Source: an uncultured delta proteobacterium
Lineage (GTDB): Bacteria > Desulfobacterota > Desulfomonilia > Desulfomonilales > Desulfomonilaceae
Direction: 5' to 3'
DNA: 64,000 nucleotides
Assembly: GCA_963789265.1 (NCBI GenBank)
Contig: CAWBKB010000001.1
Span: 1,536,001 to 1,600,000 of the forward strand
Shown: piece after piece, positions 52,405 through 62,925 of the stretch
How the letters are laid out: each line of letters opens with the position of its first letter
Numbering within the stretch: the stretch's first letter is position 1
Made by a program: the position numbers and the translations under genes
The notes under the pieces: generated by a model
Databases searched by the model: none
What the model saw: the letters and a program-made list of their open reading frames with translations, nothing else
Told to the model about the DNA's origin: nothing

Positions 52405-53573
52405 AGTAACCCTCTCAGCGTGCCTGCCAGTCGCTCCAGGCTGATGAGATTATGCCCTGGCAGGAAGGAGTCCACGTGTGGCAAGGCGGCTTTCATCCCT
52501 CTGCACGTCGGTTCGTACGACGGTCCGCCCAGGAGGGGATTGATCCAGATAACTCGATATGACCTGCGATGGATCTTTGCCATTTCCTTTTCCAAGAGCG
52601 AGATGTCCCCGCGATCCCACCCGTCGGAATGAATCATTACCACGGTGGAAGACCCCAACACTCCGCCTCCTCGAAAAGATGAAAACTGTTGCAAACATTG
52701 CCCGATACGTGTGCCGCCGGACCAATCGCGTATCGTGTAACTTAATTCTTTCAGGGCCTTAGAAAACGGCAAGCGCCGGAGCAATGGGGTTATTCGGTGC
52801 AAATGTGTGGCGAAGACGAAAGTTTCCACTTTAGTGGGGACAGCCTGAATTTCCTTTATGAATCGGAGAATGAATCGAAGGTACGGGTTCATTGAACCAC
52901 TGACATCGCAGAGGAAGACCAGCTTCTTGATTCGCTTTTTCGGTTTAAACCGGGGAAGCTCATAGACTTCGCCACCGTACCTTACATTTTTCCTGAGCAG
53001 CCGGCGGAAATCGAGGGGCGCTGCCGACCAGACCGGCCTTCTCCTCACCCCCGCATGCCTCATTAACGGCGCCAGGATTTCTCGGATTAGTCGTGCCATA
53101 CGAAAGTCTTCGCCCTGCGGGACCTCTTTGAAGTCTTGCTCTCGAAGGATCTCTTCAGGCGAATACATCTCGTGTGGTTTGGGCTTTGCGTTCCAGGAAT
53201 TTTGCTCCTCAGAATCCGACATGTTCTCTTCAGAGAGCACGATGCCATCGAATGCGAGGGAAGAATCCAGCTCCATACTTCCAGGTCCGGGTTTTCTCCC
53301 TCGATCCTCCTGCGGCTCTTCGAGAATTTCCCCGGCCATCCAAAATGCTGTGAAGAGCCGGTCGAACATGGCCCACTCTTCTCGCCTCACGGTGAATGTG
53401 GCTCTCAAAACGGTTTGAAAATCATGGAGATTTTCAACGCCCACGCATGAAACACCTCTGAGAGCATCCATAGCCGACGGGATGGATACAGCGAAGCCGT
53501 TCTCCTTCAAGAGACGGCCGAATGACACAACTGCACCGGCAAGAGAATCTTTTGGCATGGAAGGGCTAAGCAT
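52401..53573 (-). CDS. CoxE-like VWA domain protein
   Basis: CDVSGSM MIDAS, WSGGTRIG, SDGWD, WINPL. Confidence 0.9.
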   Translation of the reverse strand: MLSPSMPKDSLAGAVVSFGRLLKENGFAVSIPSAMDALRGVSCVGVENLHDFQTVLRATFTVRREEWAMFDRLFTAFWMAGEILEEPQEDRGRKPGPGSMELDSSLAFDGIVLSEENMSDSEEQNSWNAKPKPHEMYSPEEILREQDFKEVPQGEDFRMARLIREILAPLMRHAGVRRRPVWSAAPLDFRRLLRKNVRYGGEVYELPRFKPKKRIKKLVFLCDVSGSMNPYLRFILRFIKEIQAVPTKVETFVFATHLHRITPLLRRLPFSKALKELSYTIRDWSGGTRIGQCLQQFSSFRGGGVLGSSTVVMIHSDGWDRGDISLLEKEMAKIHRRSYRVIWINPLLGGPSYEPTCRGMKAALPHVDSFLPGHNLISLERLAGTLRGLL

Positions 53574-53694
53574 CTTGGTTCAATCCGAATGCAAAGAATC
53601 ACCGCGGAGATCGCGAAGGACTATCTTTTCTTTCCATTCTTATCTGCCGGGGAACTATTCCTCGGGCCTTGGAGCGGTGAAGAAGATGCCGGTT

Positions 53695-53847
53695 TATAGC
53701 AGTTGTCAAAAATTTTGTCCGATTCGGAGGATAAAATCCGGGGATTGTAGGGGCGACCCCGCGGGACGCGGGACCGCCCTGGGCGAATGCCATTCGCCTC
53801 TACAACCTCCCACTAATGAAAGGACATCGTTGGTGGCAACTGCTCTA
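53695..53847. mobile_element. MITE family C, diverged copy
   Basis: TATAGCAGTTGTCA..TGGCAACTGCTCTA with inner GTAGGGGCGAC REP. Confidence 0.65.
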
Positions 53848-53949
53848 ACCGTGCACCATCTGATTTGTCCGGCGCAGTCCAAATGGTTTTCCTCCCTGTG
53901 TTCTCCGCGGGCTCTACGGTTAATCCGGCCCTCTCGCTGACCTCTCACA

Positions 53950-54858
53950 TCAACACAATGTCGCAAGTACTTCCTCGGGAAATGAATCCCTGAAATCAGG
54001 GCGGCTCCAGAGATCTTGAAAGTACAGCATGTCTTCCCGGTATTTCAAAATGCAGCCGAGAGTTTCAGTGACCGTCTTTTCATCCAGGGCAGTTCGTTCC
54101 AGGGCCAACAGGGCTGCCGCCCAGTCCAATGTTTCCGCCACCCCCGGTTTCTTGACAAAATCTTCCTGCCTTACACGTTTCATGAAGAGCGCCACCTGCA
54201 GGGCCAATTCTTCGGAGATCCCGTGAACTCGCGCCGCGATTATTTCTCGCTCCTTTTCGGGGCTTGGGTAGTCTATCCAGTGATACAGGCATCGGCGTTT
54301 CAGTGCGTCATGGATGTCGCGAGTGCGGTTGGAAGTCAGGATCACCAGGGGCCGGCGCACTGCCTTTAGTGTGCCAATTTCAGGGACGGATATTTGAAAA
54401 TCCGAAAGCACTTCCAGCAGCAGCGCCTCAAATTCCTCATCAGAGCGGTCGATCTCGTCGATCAACAAAACCGGCTCCTTATCCCGAGAGGAAAGAATGG
54501 CTTCCAAGAGGGGTCTCTTAATGAGAAAGTCTTCGGTGAAAATCGTACGTCCAAGCAACTCCCGGTCTGTGCCGCATTCCTCTCCAAGTTTAATCGCGAG
54601 AATCTGCCGCGGATAGTTCCATTCATACAGCGCATGGTTTGCGTCGAGACCCTCGTAGCACTGGAGCCGTATCAGGTCTGTTTGAAGTGCCCGGGCTATC
54701 ACCACCGCCGTTTCTGTTTTGCCGACCCCGGGTTCCCCTTCCAGGAAGAGCGGCTTCTTCAAAGACCAGGCGAGATAGAGAACTGTTGCAAGGGATCGGT
54801 CGGGAATATAGTTTTCCCTGAGCAGCACCTGTTCAACCGATTCAATTGATTGGAACAT
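53950..54858 (-). CDS. CoxD-like MoxR AAA+ ATPase
   Basis: GEPGVGKT, LQCYEG, LLIDEID, DALKRRC. Confidence 0.92.
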   Translation of the reverse strand: MFQSIESVEQVLLRENYIPDRSLATVLYLAWSLKKPLFLEGEPGVGKTETAVVIARALQTDLIRLQCYEGLDANHALYEWNYPRQILAIKLGEECGTDRELLGRTIFTEDFLIKRPLLEAILSSRDKEPVLLIDEIDRSDEEFEALLLEVLSDFQISVPEIGTLKAVRRPLVILTSNRTRDIHDALKRRCLYHWIDYPSPEKEREIIAARVHGISEELALQVALFMKRVRQEDFVKKPGVAETLDWAAALLALERTALDEKTVTETLGCILKYREDMLYFQDLWSRPDFRDSFPEEVLATLC

Positions 54859-54940
54859 TTTTCCTTCCAGTAATACGGATTCGCGTCAGACCTCCGTGTA
54901 AGCAGCTCGAGAGCCCACCAGAGGAACACGGAACCGGCCG

Positions 54941-56143
54941 TTATACGGATACTTTTTCGATCGCTTCGGCGCAGTCGGCCATGCTCAGAGCATTTTTCAG
55001 CACCGAAGCCGCTCGGCAGATATCCTCTTCGGTGTGATCGCTCATTAGAGTGAAGCGAAGCCTTGCAGTCCCTTCAGGGACACTGGGAAATCGTATTGCA
55101 TGGGCAAAAATGCCTTGGTCTAGACAAGCTTCACTGGCACGCAGGGTATTGCGGGAGTCACCGATCCTGATGGGTATAATATGGCTCGGTCCGGAAGGGC
55201 TCGGCGTGCAGGCATTCACCCCATTGTGGAATTTCAAGGTGTTCTCCCTGAGCCGGGCTCTCCGGCGAGCCCCTTCCGGCGAGGCGATGATTTTCAGCGC
55301 AGCCAGAGCTGCACCTGCAATTCCCGGTGGCGCGGCCGTGGTGTAAACCAGCGACCGGCACTTGTTGGTAAGAAGCTCGATGAGAGAGCGGCTTCCTGCC
55401 ACATAAGCCCCGCTCGTACCCCCGGCCTTCCCCAGTGTCCCGATCTGAATCTCGGGAATGACCCCAACTTCGGAAGCGAATCCTTCTCCCTTAAGTCCTC
55501 TCACTCCGGTGGCATGAGCTTCGTCAACCATAAGCATCGCGCCCCAACGTCGGCAAAGGTAGTCTACCTCTCTTAACTGAGCACAATCGCCGTCCATCGA
55601 GAAAATCGATTCGGTAACTACTATCCTGCGGCGGAATCCCGACAAACGGAGAATACCTTCGAGCGCCGAGAGATCCAGGTGCGGGTAGATCATCACACGT
55701 GCTTTTGAAAGCCTGCACCCGTCGACAATGCTGGCATGATTCAGTTCGTCGGAGATAATAAGATCCCCTTCGCCGGCGATGGTGGAGAGAATACCCACGT
55801 TCGCTTGATAACCGCTCCCGAAAAGAAGCGCGGCCTCGGTTCCTTTCCAGCCTGCTATGAAGGACTCCAGGGCCCTGTGAATCTCCGTGTTGCCGGCAAT
55901 CAGCCGCGAAGCAGTTGCACCTGCTCCGCAATCGGCGATACACTTCGCAAAGGCCCTCATCACTTCGGGATGACCTGCCAATCCCAGATAGTTGTTGCTT
56001 GAGAAATTAATAGCGGATTTGCCGTTGACCGTGATGGTTCGGCCGGGCATACCTTCAACAACCGGCATAACTCTATATAGGTTGCTTTTTCGAAGCCCTT
56101 CCAGTTCAGATTCCCAGGGTGTATTGTGAGTCGAATGTTTCAT
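54941..56143 (-). CDS. bioF: 8-amino-7-oxononanoate synthase
   Basis: SSNNYLGL, DELNHASI, FSMDGD, VDEAH, GTLGKA. Confidence 0.88.
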   Translation of the reverse strand: MKHSTHNTPWESELEGLRKSNLYRVMPVVEGMPGRTITVNGKSAINFSSNNYLGLAGHPEVMRAFAKCIADCGAGATASRLIAGNTEIHRALESFIAGWKGTEAALLFGSGYQANVGILSTIAGEGDLIISDELNHASIVDGCRLSKARVMIYPHLDLSALEGILRLSGFRRRIVVTESIFSMDGDCAQLREVDYLCRRWGAMLMVDEAHATGVRGLKGEGFASEVGVIPEIQIGTLGKAGGTSGAYVAGSRSLIELLTNKCRSLVYTTAAPPGIAGAALAALKIIASPEGARRRARLRENTLKFHNGVNACTPSPSGPSHIIPIRIGDSRNTLRASEACLDQGIFAHAIRFPSVPEGTARLRFTLMSDHTEEDICRAASVLKNALSMADCAEAIEKVSV

Positions 56144-56218
56144 TATAAATGTATATCCGAGGAGATCGGCCTCGGTTTCACCTGACCTTCGGAGACGCGT
56201 TTTGAGTGAGAGAATACC

Positions 56219-57064
56219 ATGAAAATCACCTTTTGGGGGACCAGAGGATCTATAGCCTCCCCGGGACCTGATACCATTGTGCATGGTGGCAATACCACGT
56301 GCCTCGAAATCGAAACTGATGCGAGCGGAACCGTCATTGTTGACGCGGGAACAGGAATCCGAAGTCTGGGGGATGTCCTCTTGGCGCGCGGTGAGCCTAT
56401 TTCAGCACATTTGTTGATGACTCATATCCACTGGGACCACGTGTGGGGATTCGCCTTCTTCGGCCCTCTCTTCCAGACCGACAGTCGAATTGTAGTAGAC
56501 GGTTCGCCTAGAGGTATGGAAGGCCTCAGACGAGTATTCAGCAGAGACTACGTCGATGGGACCTGGCCGATCAGGTTCGAAGATCTGAAGGCCCGGATTG
56601 AAGTTTCCCAGCAACTTTGCCGGGGCCCGTTGTCCTTGGACGGAATGGTGGTGGAATCCCACCACATTCAGCACCCCCAAGGTGGGATGGGGTTCAAATT
56701 CACTGAGGGGGAGCGTACATTCGTTTTCCTGACGGACAATGAACTGCTTGAAAAGCCCTCATTCGGACCAAGCTTCAAGGATTTCGTACTATTCTGCCGC
56801 AATGCAGACGTACTTGTCCACGACTGCCAATATCTTCCCGAAGAAATGGAAATCAAGCAAGGCTGGGGTCACTCCGATCTGGGCTCAGTAGTTAAGTTGG
56901 CCCTTGAGGCGGATGTCCGAAGGCTCATCCTGTTTCATCACGACCCGTGGCGAACGGACGCTGCTGTGTCTTCTATGGTGGAGCGCTGTGTAGATATGCT
57001 TGCCTCGGCCAACTCTGAAATTTCTGCAGAGGCCGCTCAGGAAGGCTCGACCTTGGAGCTATGA
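56219..57064 (+). CDS. MBL-fold metallo-hydrolase
   Basis: FWGTRGS, THIHWDH, GWGHS, FHHDP. Confidence 0.9.
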   Translation: MKITFWGTRGSIASPGPDTIVHGGNTTCLEIETDASGTVIVDAGTGIRSLGDVLLARGEPISAHLLMTHIHWDHVWGFAFFGPLFQTDSRIVVDGSPRGMEGLRRVFSRDYVDGTWPIRFEDLKARIEVSQQLCRGPLSLDGMVVESHHIQHPQGGMGFKFTEGERTFVFLTDNELLEKPSFGPSFKDFVLFCRNADVLVHDCQYLPEEMEIKQGWGHSDLGSVVKLALEADVRRLILFHHDPWRTDAAVSSMVERCVDMLASANSEISAEAAQEGSTLEL

Positions 57065-57198
57065 ATTGGGAACCCGGATTGGCCATGGACAGAACGATGG
57101 GCATCCAGTCCGTTGGTTCTTGATGGCAGTCGAGATGCCGGGAGCCCGTGTGCAATCGACTATCAATCCGTCGTTTCGCGCGACATGCCTACCTACCA

Positions 57199-58113
57199 TT
57201 ATCCGTTATCCTTCGCATGGCGTTCCATGAATTCTTCCCATCGTTGGTCGGTAAACTCCTGGAGCCTCGAGACCTGGTCTTTGGAGATGGTTCTGAATCT
57301 AGTCTGACCCCTCACATAATCGGCAACGGCTTTTCTGCCGCGGTTCTTTGAAAGAGCCAGGGAACGCGAGGTGAGCTGAAATTTGCCGTCTCGGATCTCG
57401 TAAAGTACATGTATGCCAGTTTCAACCGCCAGTCTTCCGATTTTGACGAGATCCTTGTTCGGGAAACCCCACCCGGGAGGGCAGGGGGCATGGACTTCGA
57501 TATAACGGGATCCCTGTATATCCTTGGCAGTACGGACCTTGTCATAGAGGTCCAAGGGAAAAGCCGGTGATGCTGTCGCAACGTACGGTATGCGATGCGC
57601 TTCCACGATGCGGATCATATCCTTTTTGTTTTGGAGCTTTGTCAGGACCGGCGTTGTCGTGGTAATTGCGCCCGCAGGGCTGGCACTGGAGCGCTGGGTG
57701 CCGGTATTCATGTATCCCTCGTTGTCGTAACAGATGAAAATGAAGTTCGTGCCTCTTTCCAAAGCTCCCGACAGTGACTGAATGCCGATGTCATAAGTGC
57801 CGCCGTCACCAGCGAAGCCTACGACCGTATAACCTTCCTTGCCGGTTGCCTTGAGACCGGCGACAATGCCCGAAACCGCCGCCCCTGTGGCTGCAAAGGG
57901 GTTGTTGATGCAGATTACTTTTACGGGCGTGATCGGATAGACACCATGAAGCACTGTCATGCAGCTTGCCGGCACCGCAACTATAGTTTTATCGGCTGCC
58001 AATGCCTTTAACGTATGGCGGTAGGTCAGCATCAAGCCGCATGCCGCACACGATCTGGATCCGGGCAGTATGTATTCTTCCCTGGGTAGCTCTCTCACTG
58101 CTTTTGTGATCAT
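57199..58113 (-). CDS. porB: Pyruvate/2-oxoacid:ferredoxin oxidoreductase beta subunit
   Basis: CAACG, GDGGTYDIG..DNEGYMNTG TPP motif, PCPPGW. Confidence 0.9.
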   Translation of the reverse strand: MITKAVRELPREEYILPGSRSCAACGLMLTYRHTLKALAADKTIVAVPASCMTVLHGVYPITPVKVICINNPFAATGAAVSGIVAGLKATGKEGYTVVGFAGDGGTYDIGIQSLSGALERGTNFIFICYDNEGYMNTGTQRSSASPAGAITTTTPVLTKLQNKKDMIRIVEAHRIPYVATASPAFPLDLYDKVRTAKDIQGSRYIEVHAPCPPGWGFPNKDLVKIGRLAVETGIHVLYEIRDGKFQLTSRSLALSKNRGRKAVADYVRGQTRFRTISKDQVSRLQEFTDQRWEEFMERHAKDNG

Positions 58114-58456
58114 GTTGGGTATCTACTTCCTGCGTTTATATGTATAAGCTGCATCCTGATTGCTGCATTTCACAAATTCGGCAATGCATCCCGGATAAAT
58201 GCGGTGGGAGAGGCATCCTGCCATAAGCCTTAAAATAGGCTCGCGATACTCAGATTTTCCCCCCTTTAGAAAAGGGGGACTTTGAGGGCCTATCGGACCG
58301 TCTAAGGTACCCACAACCGAGGTAACCAGCTCTAATTTGACGCCCATGGGCATCTTGCCTGTCCAACTAACACAGTGGCCTCGAATCCTCTATCATTGAG
58401 TTCGGACCGAGACTGCGACGCTCCAATCTTGAATTGGACGCCTCGGTCTCGAGCCC

Positions 58457-59644
58457 TCACCCCTTTACATTGATCCATCCGTAGGCGGCATCCCCGGTCA
58501 CTGTTTCCACTGCGGCCCACGCGAGCTCTTCCGGTCGAACATCGCGTCCCCCGAGCCCCGCCACAAAGGATGAAAACTTGGGCCGCAGATTACTGTCGAA
58601 GAGTGCAGCTTTCAAATCCATGGCGAGTGCTCCGCCATATCCGTAACTGATGTCCTTTTCGAACACCGCCACAGTCTCCACTCGGGTCAGCGCTCGTGCG
58701 AGGGCTTGAGCAGGGAAGGGCCGGTAGGCCCGAACGCCCACAACCCCGGTACGCAACCCCTGCTCTCTCATCGAGTCAGCCGCCAAAGTGCACTCCGATG
58801 CCAGAGATCCCATACTGACCAGGGCGTGTGTCGCATCCTCCATGCGGTACTCCCAAACCAGCCCACCCCATGCACGTCCGAATATCGACTTAAATTCACA
58901 GTCGGTGTCGGATATCAAATTTAACGATGCCACGAGGTCTTTCTGCAACCGGTACCGGAGGTCCATGTATCCGGGTCTGAGGTCCCCCTGGGGATCTTCA
59001 CGCGGCTCGCTGAGTATGAGCGGGTTGAGGTTCATATAGTTCCCTTCGGTGAGACCGGTGTCAGGCGCAAACGTGGGCAGAAATCTATCAACTTCGGACG
59101 CGGCCGGGACATCAACAGGGGTGCTGGCATGTGAAAGCACAAACCCATCATAGCAAACCATGATGGGGACAAGAGCCTGTTCTGCAATCCTGAATCCCTG
59201 GATGATTGTGTCCAGCACTTCCTGGCTGTTTCGGCAATAAAGCTGAATCCAGCCTGTGTCCCTCTGAGCTATGGAGTCTTGCTGGTCATTAAGTATAGTC
59301 CAGGGCGCCCCAACGCCGCGGTTCACGCAAGCCATCACCACAGGCACTCGGGCGCCGGCAGCCCAATGAAGCATCTCGTGCATATACAAGAGACCGTTGG
59401 CGCTGGTAGCCGTGAACACTCTCGCCCCCACCTGTGACGCAGCCACCACCGAGGCCATCGCTGAATGTTCACTTTCCACCGTCAGATACTCAGCCTTGAG
59501 CTCGCCGCGTTCCACCATGGCTGCTAGTTCCTCAGTGACCGGAGTTTGCGGGGTTATTGGATAAGCCGCGATCACCTGAACTCTGCAAAGCGAAGCTGCA
59601 AGTGCCGCGGCGGAGTTGGCGGTGATAATTCTGACGTCACTCAT
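58457..59644 (-). CDS. porA: Pyruvate/2-oxoacid:ferredoxin oxidoreductase alpha subunit
   Basis: AYPITPQT, VESEHSA, GLGGRD. Confidence 0.9.
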   Translation of the reverse strand: MSDVRIITANSAAALAASLCRVQVIAAYPITPQTPVTEELAAMVERGELKAEYLTVESEHSAMASVVAASQVGARVFTATSANGLLYMHEMLHWAAGARVPVVMACVNRGVGAPWTILNDQQDSIAQRDTGWIQLYCRNSQEVLDTIIQGFRIAEQALVPIMVCYDGFVLSHASTPVDVPAASEVDRFLPTFAPDTGLTEGNYMNLNPLILSEPREDPQGDLRPGYMDLRYRLQKDLVASLNLISDTDCEFKSIFGRAWGGLVWEYRMEDATHALVSMGSLASECTLAADSMREQGLRTGVVGVRAYRPFPAQALARALTRVETVAVFEKDISYGYGGALAMDLKAALFDSNLRPKFSSFVAGLGGRDVRPEELAWAAVETVTGDAAYGWINVKG

Positions 59645-59958
59645 TGGGGTTTCCCTTTGGAGCCGGCCGAGTCTACTTGGCCGGGCGTACGGCCCTCCAC
59701 CATTTTGATGGCTTTGCGGGGACATTCCTCCGCGCAGATGCCGCATCCTTTGCAGAATTCCAGATCGATCTGAAGAGGGAACTCAGAAGAAATTACTCCA
59801 TCGGGGCAGTATAACCAGCACAGGAGGCATGTGTCCTTCTTGGTACACTTTTCCTGGTCAATCTGCGGGGTATGGGACCTCCAGTCCCCTGTTTTGCCCG
59901 CTTCCCCTGTCGCCGGCTTGGAAGCTGCCACAAGGGTGTCCTTAATTTTATCGGCCAT
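59641..59958 (-). CDS. porD: 2-oxoacid:ferredoxin oxidoreductase delta subunit (ferredoxin)
   Basis: KTGDWR, CLLCWLYCP, CKGCGICAEECP. Confidence 0.9.
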   Translation of the reverse strand: MADKIKDTLVAASKPATGEAGKTGDWRSHTPQIDQEKCTKKDTCLLCWLYCPDGVISSEFPLQIDLEFCKGCGICAEECPRKAIKMVEGRTPGQVDSAGSKGKPQ

Positions 59959-60082
59959 AACACCTCTCGAGTTTTGGGAAAAATAACGACAAGATTCCCG
60001 GCATACAGAATAATAGGCAAGCTGGAACTTGAGCGTGTTACACGAACAGATAAAGAGGCTGTCTCTTTCCGGCCTCCCTCCG

Positions 60083-60682
60083 TCATGCGCCTGCTGAAGC
60101 AGCCTGAAGATCGGGCCGAAAAATGCTTGTATTCCGGTAGGCCAGCTCCAGCGCGGCAAGATTCCGATCCAATGCAGCGCCTTTGAATTTCCGCCCCACT
60201 GCTCGTCTGATATTCTCCAGGCTAACCAGGGTCGAGGCCGAGGCAAAAGGGCCGAGAATGGACGTAGAAATCAGCACGTTCCCTTCGACGATGAGCCCGG
60301 CCTCCTGGGATGAACGGAACGCATCCGACGCTGCGACGGTAAACGATCCGAGAAATCCAAACTCTTGGGCGGCGCGGGCGGAATTGATGACGAGAAGACC
60401 ACCCTCTTTCAGGTTTGCGGTAACGTTTACCATCTCCAACAGATTATCGTCCAGGACAACAGCGATGTCGGGATTGACCACGTTTGAATAGGTGCGGATC
60501 GGTTCGGCTGCAATACGCGTGTGTACGCTTACCGGCGCTCCGCGACGCTCCGAGAAGTACGTCGGCTTCGCGCTCACCCCCTTGAACCCTTGATAGTAAG
60601 CTGCTTCAGTCAATATTTTGGCAGCGGTCACGGCTCCCTGGCCGCCCCGGCCATGCCACACGATTTCGTATGATGCTCCCAT
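60083..60682 (-). CDS. porC: 2-oxoacid:ferredoxin oxidoreductase gamma subunit
   Basis: HGRGGQGAVTA, ERRGAPV. Confidence 0.9.
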   Translation of the reverse strand: MGASYEIVWHGRGGQGAVTAAKILTEAAYYQGFKGVSAKPTYFSERRGAPVSVHTRIAAEPIRTYSNVVNPDIAVVLDDNLLEMVNVTANLKEGGLLVINSARAAQEFGFLGSFTVAASDAFRSSQEAGLIVEGNVLISTSILGPFASASTLVSLENIRRAVGRKFKGAALDRNLAALELAYRNTSIFRPDLQAASAGA

Positions 60683-60874
60683 AGACCTCTCGATCTCACG
60701 CTTCTTTTGGCGTCTTTAGATTAATTCAGTCGCGAGTATTCGTCAACAGGGAAGCGGCGGCGCCAGCCCCGCAGTTGACGACGGGGAAAAGAATCAGCTA
60801 CTATCGGCTCCACGACCCCCTTCAACTTCTCGGCACGTCAAGGAGACGTGCCTGAACATTGATTTAACGCGGTT

Positions 60875-62431
60875 ATGGGACAAAGAATGAACGTTCTACT
60901 GGTACAACCGAAGCTTCCTTACTCTTTTTGGAGTTTTGATCAGGTACTGAAACTCACGGGCCACAGGGCCCTGGTATCGCCACTTGGACTCATCACGGTT
61001 GCTGCACTGCTTCCACAAGAATGGGACTTGCGACTGATTGATAGGAATTTCCAGCAGATCACTGATGAGATGTGGAACTGGTCGGAAATAGTGATGATAT
61101 CCGGGATGATAGTGCAGAGCGAGGATTTTCTCAAGGTAACAAGGGAAGCAAAACGAAGAGCGAAAACAGTGGTGGTTGGAGGGCCTTATCCGACTTTGCT
61201 TCCTGAGGAACCCAAAGAGGCGGGAGCTGACTTTGTGGTCAAAGGAGAGGCCGAAATCGCTGTTCCTCTTTTGCTCGATGCTTTGGCCTCCGGCAAAAAA
61301 AACGCGGTGATTGAAGGGCCTTCCAAGCCGGACATGGGCATATCGCCTATACCCCGTTTCGATCTTCTACGTCTGGATGCATACGTTGCAATTGGAGTTC
61401 AGACTTCCCGGGGATGCCCCCATGACTGTGATTTCTGCAATGTAACCAGCATGTACGGAAGAGCGCCTCGGTACAAACAAGCCGGCCAGCTTATAGCCGA
61501 GTTGGAACTGCTCCACTCCCTGGGCGGGCACGGGGATGTGTTTATATGCGACGACAATTTTATTGGTAGTAGGAAGCATGCCCGTTTAATCCTTGAGAAG
61601 CTGATCCCGTGGAATAAGGCTCATGGCGAACCTTTCAGTTTTTGGACTCAAGCCTCGGCAAACTTGGGGCAAGATCTCGAGTTGATTGACTTGATGACCA
61701 AGGCGAACTTCAACACCGTTTTCGTAGGGATTGAATCTCCGGACGAGGAAGTTCTTGAAGGCGCGGGCAAACACCAAAATGTCAGGAATCCCTTGGCTGA
61801 GTCGATGCATAACATAAATGCGAACGGCCTTTCGATTGTGGGAAGTTTCATCGTCGGGCTGGACGGCGAGAAGGCCGGCGCCGGAGACCGGATCGTAGCC
61901 TTTGTGGAACAAAGCGGCATACCGGTGGTCATGTTGAACACCTTGCAGCCTTTACCCGGTACCCGCCTGTGGCATCGCCTGAAGGAGGAGAATCGTCTCC
62001 TGGATGAAAGAGGCAGCGGCGTTCCTACCGGGGGAGAGCTGGGTTTTATTCCCACGAGACCGGAGGCCGAAATTATTGGAGAATACAGGGACCTTACGGA
62101 TCGTCTTTACGAACCCTCAGCTTTCTTACACCGCGCCTACAAATTCTTCCTCACCATGAGACCCACTCGGAAAGCTCTGGGTACCGAGACCGAAGCGGAG
62201 CGATCTCATGGTCTGCTTGCCAAAAAGATAGCAAACAAGGAAACAGCTCGCCATCTTAAGGTGCTTCTATTCCTCGTCTGGAGGTACGGAATTGCGGGTT
62301 CGACCAGAATTCAGTTTTGGAAGCAGCTTGTAGGAATATGGAGATCGAATCCGAGCCGACTGATCCAGTATCTTGTCACCATTGCCAACGGACAGGATTT
62401 GTCCCACTTGAGAAATCACGAGTGCCGTTAA
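60875..62431 (+). CDS. B12-binding radical SAM protein (DUF4070 type)
   Basis: PLGLITVAA, VGGPY, SRGCPHDCDFC. Confidence 0.9.
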   Translation: MGQRMNVLLVQPKLPYSFWSFDQVLKLTGHRALVSPLGLITVAALLPQEWDLRLIDRNFQQITDEMWNWSEIVMISGMIVQSEDFLKVTREAKRRAKTVVVGGPYPTLLPEEPKEAGADFVVKGEAEIAVPLLLDALASGKKNAVIEGPSKPDMGISPIPRFDLLRLDAYVAIGVQTSRGCPHDCDFCNVTSMYGRAPRYKQAGQLIAELELLHSLGGHGDVFICDDNFIGSRKHARLILEKLIPWNKAHGEPFSFWTQASANLGQDLELIDLMTKANFNTVFVGIESPDEEVLEGAGKHQNVRNPLAESMHNINANGLSIVGSFIVGLDGEKAGAGDRIVAFVEQSGIPVVMLNTLQPLPGTRLWHRLKEENRLLDERGSGVPTGGELGFIPTRPEAEIIGEYRDLTDRLYEPSAFLHRAYKFFLTMRPTRKALGTETEAERSHGLLAKKIANKETARHLKVLLFLVWRYGIAGSTRIQFWKQLVGIWRSNPSRLIQYLVTIANGQDLSHLRNHECR

Positions 62432-62568
62432 TTTGCATCGCCGGCGGGGGAAAGTCGCACTCCATAATTTCGGCTGCCGGCATGAAAAAACGCACTACGA
62501 CCCATCTAAAGAGAAAGACCTGCGCATCTTGCAATGAAAGCGCAAAGCACTCACACGCACACCAAACG

Positions 62569-62598
62569 AAAAAAGGCTGCAAGCCTGAACTTGCAACC
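62569..62598 (-). terminator. tRNA-fMet intrinsic terminator
   Basis: Minus strand GGTTGCAAG-TTCAGG-CTTGCAGCC-TTTTTT. Confidence 0.75.
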
Positions 62599-62610
62599 CT
62601 CTGAAATTCC

Positions 62611-62687
<77 letters not shown>

Positions 62688-62749
62688 ATCGTTATCTCTT
62701 CAATATAGAAACAATAAGCCCGTATGTCAAGAAAAGCTTGAATTGCTTT

Positions 62750-62871
62750 GTGTGCATTCAGTTACAGCCGGAATTTGCAGGTGGCTTCGTGGGGTGGGCT
62801 TTCTAGCCCGCCATTGAACAGGGGATTCCTCGGCAGGCTGGAAAGCCTGCCCCACAAGACTGAATGGCTAT
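62750..62871. mobile_element. 122-bp MITE family A
   Basis: Near-identical to 11459-11580; 8-bp direct repeat ATTGCTTT. Confidence 0.88.
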
Positions 62872-62925
62872 ATTGCTTTCACCAGGCATATTCTAAAAGC
62901 CTTTGATCCCGCTATGATGGGCCGA

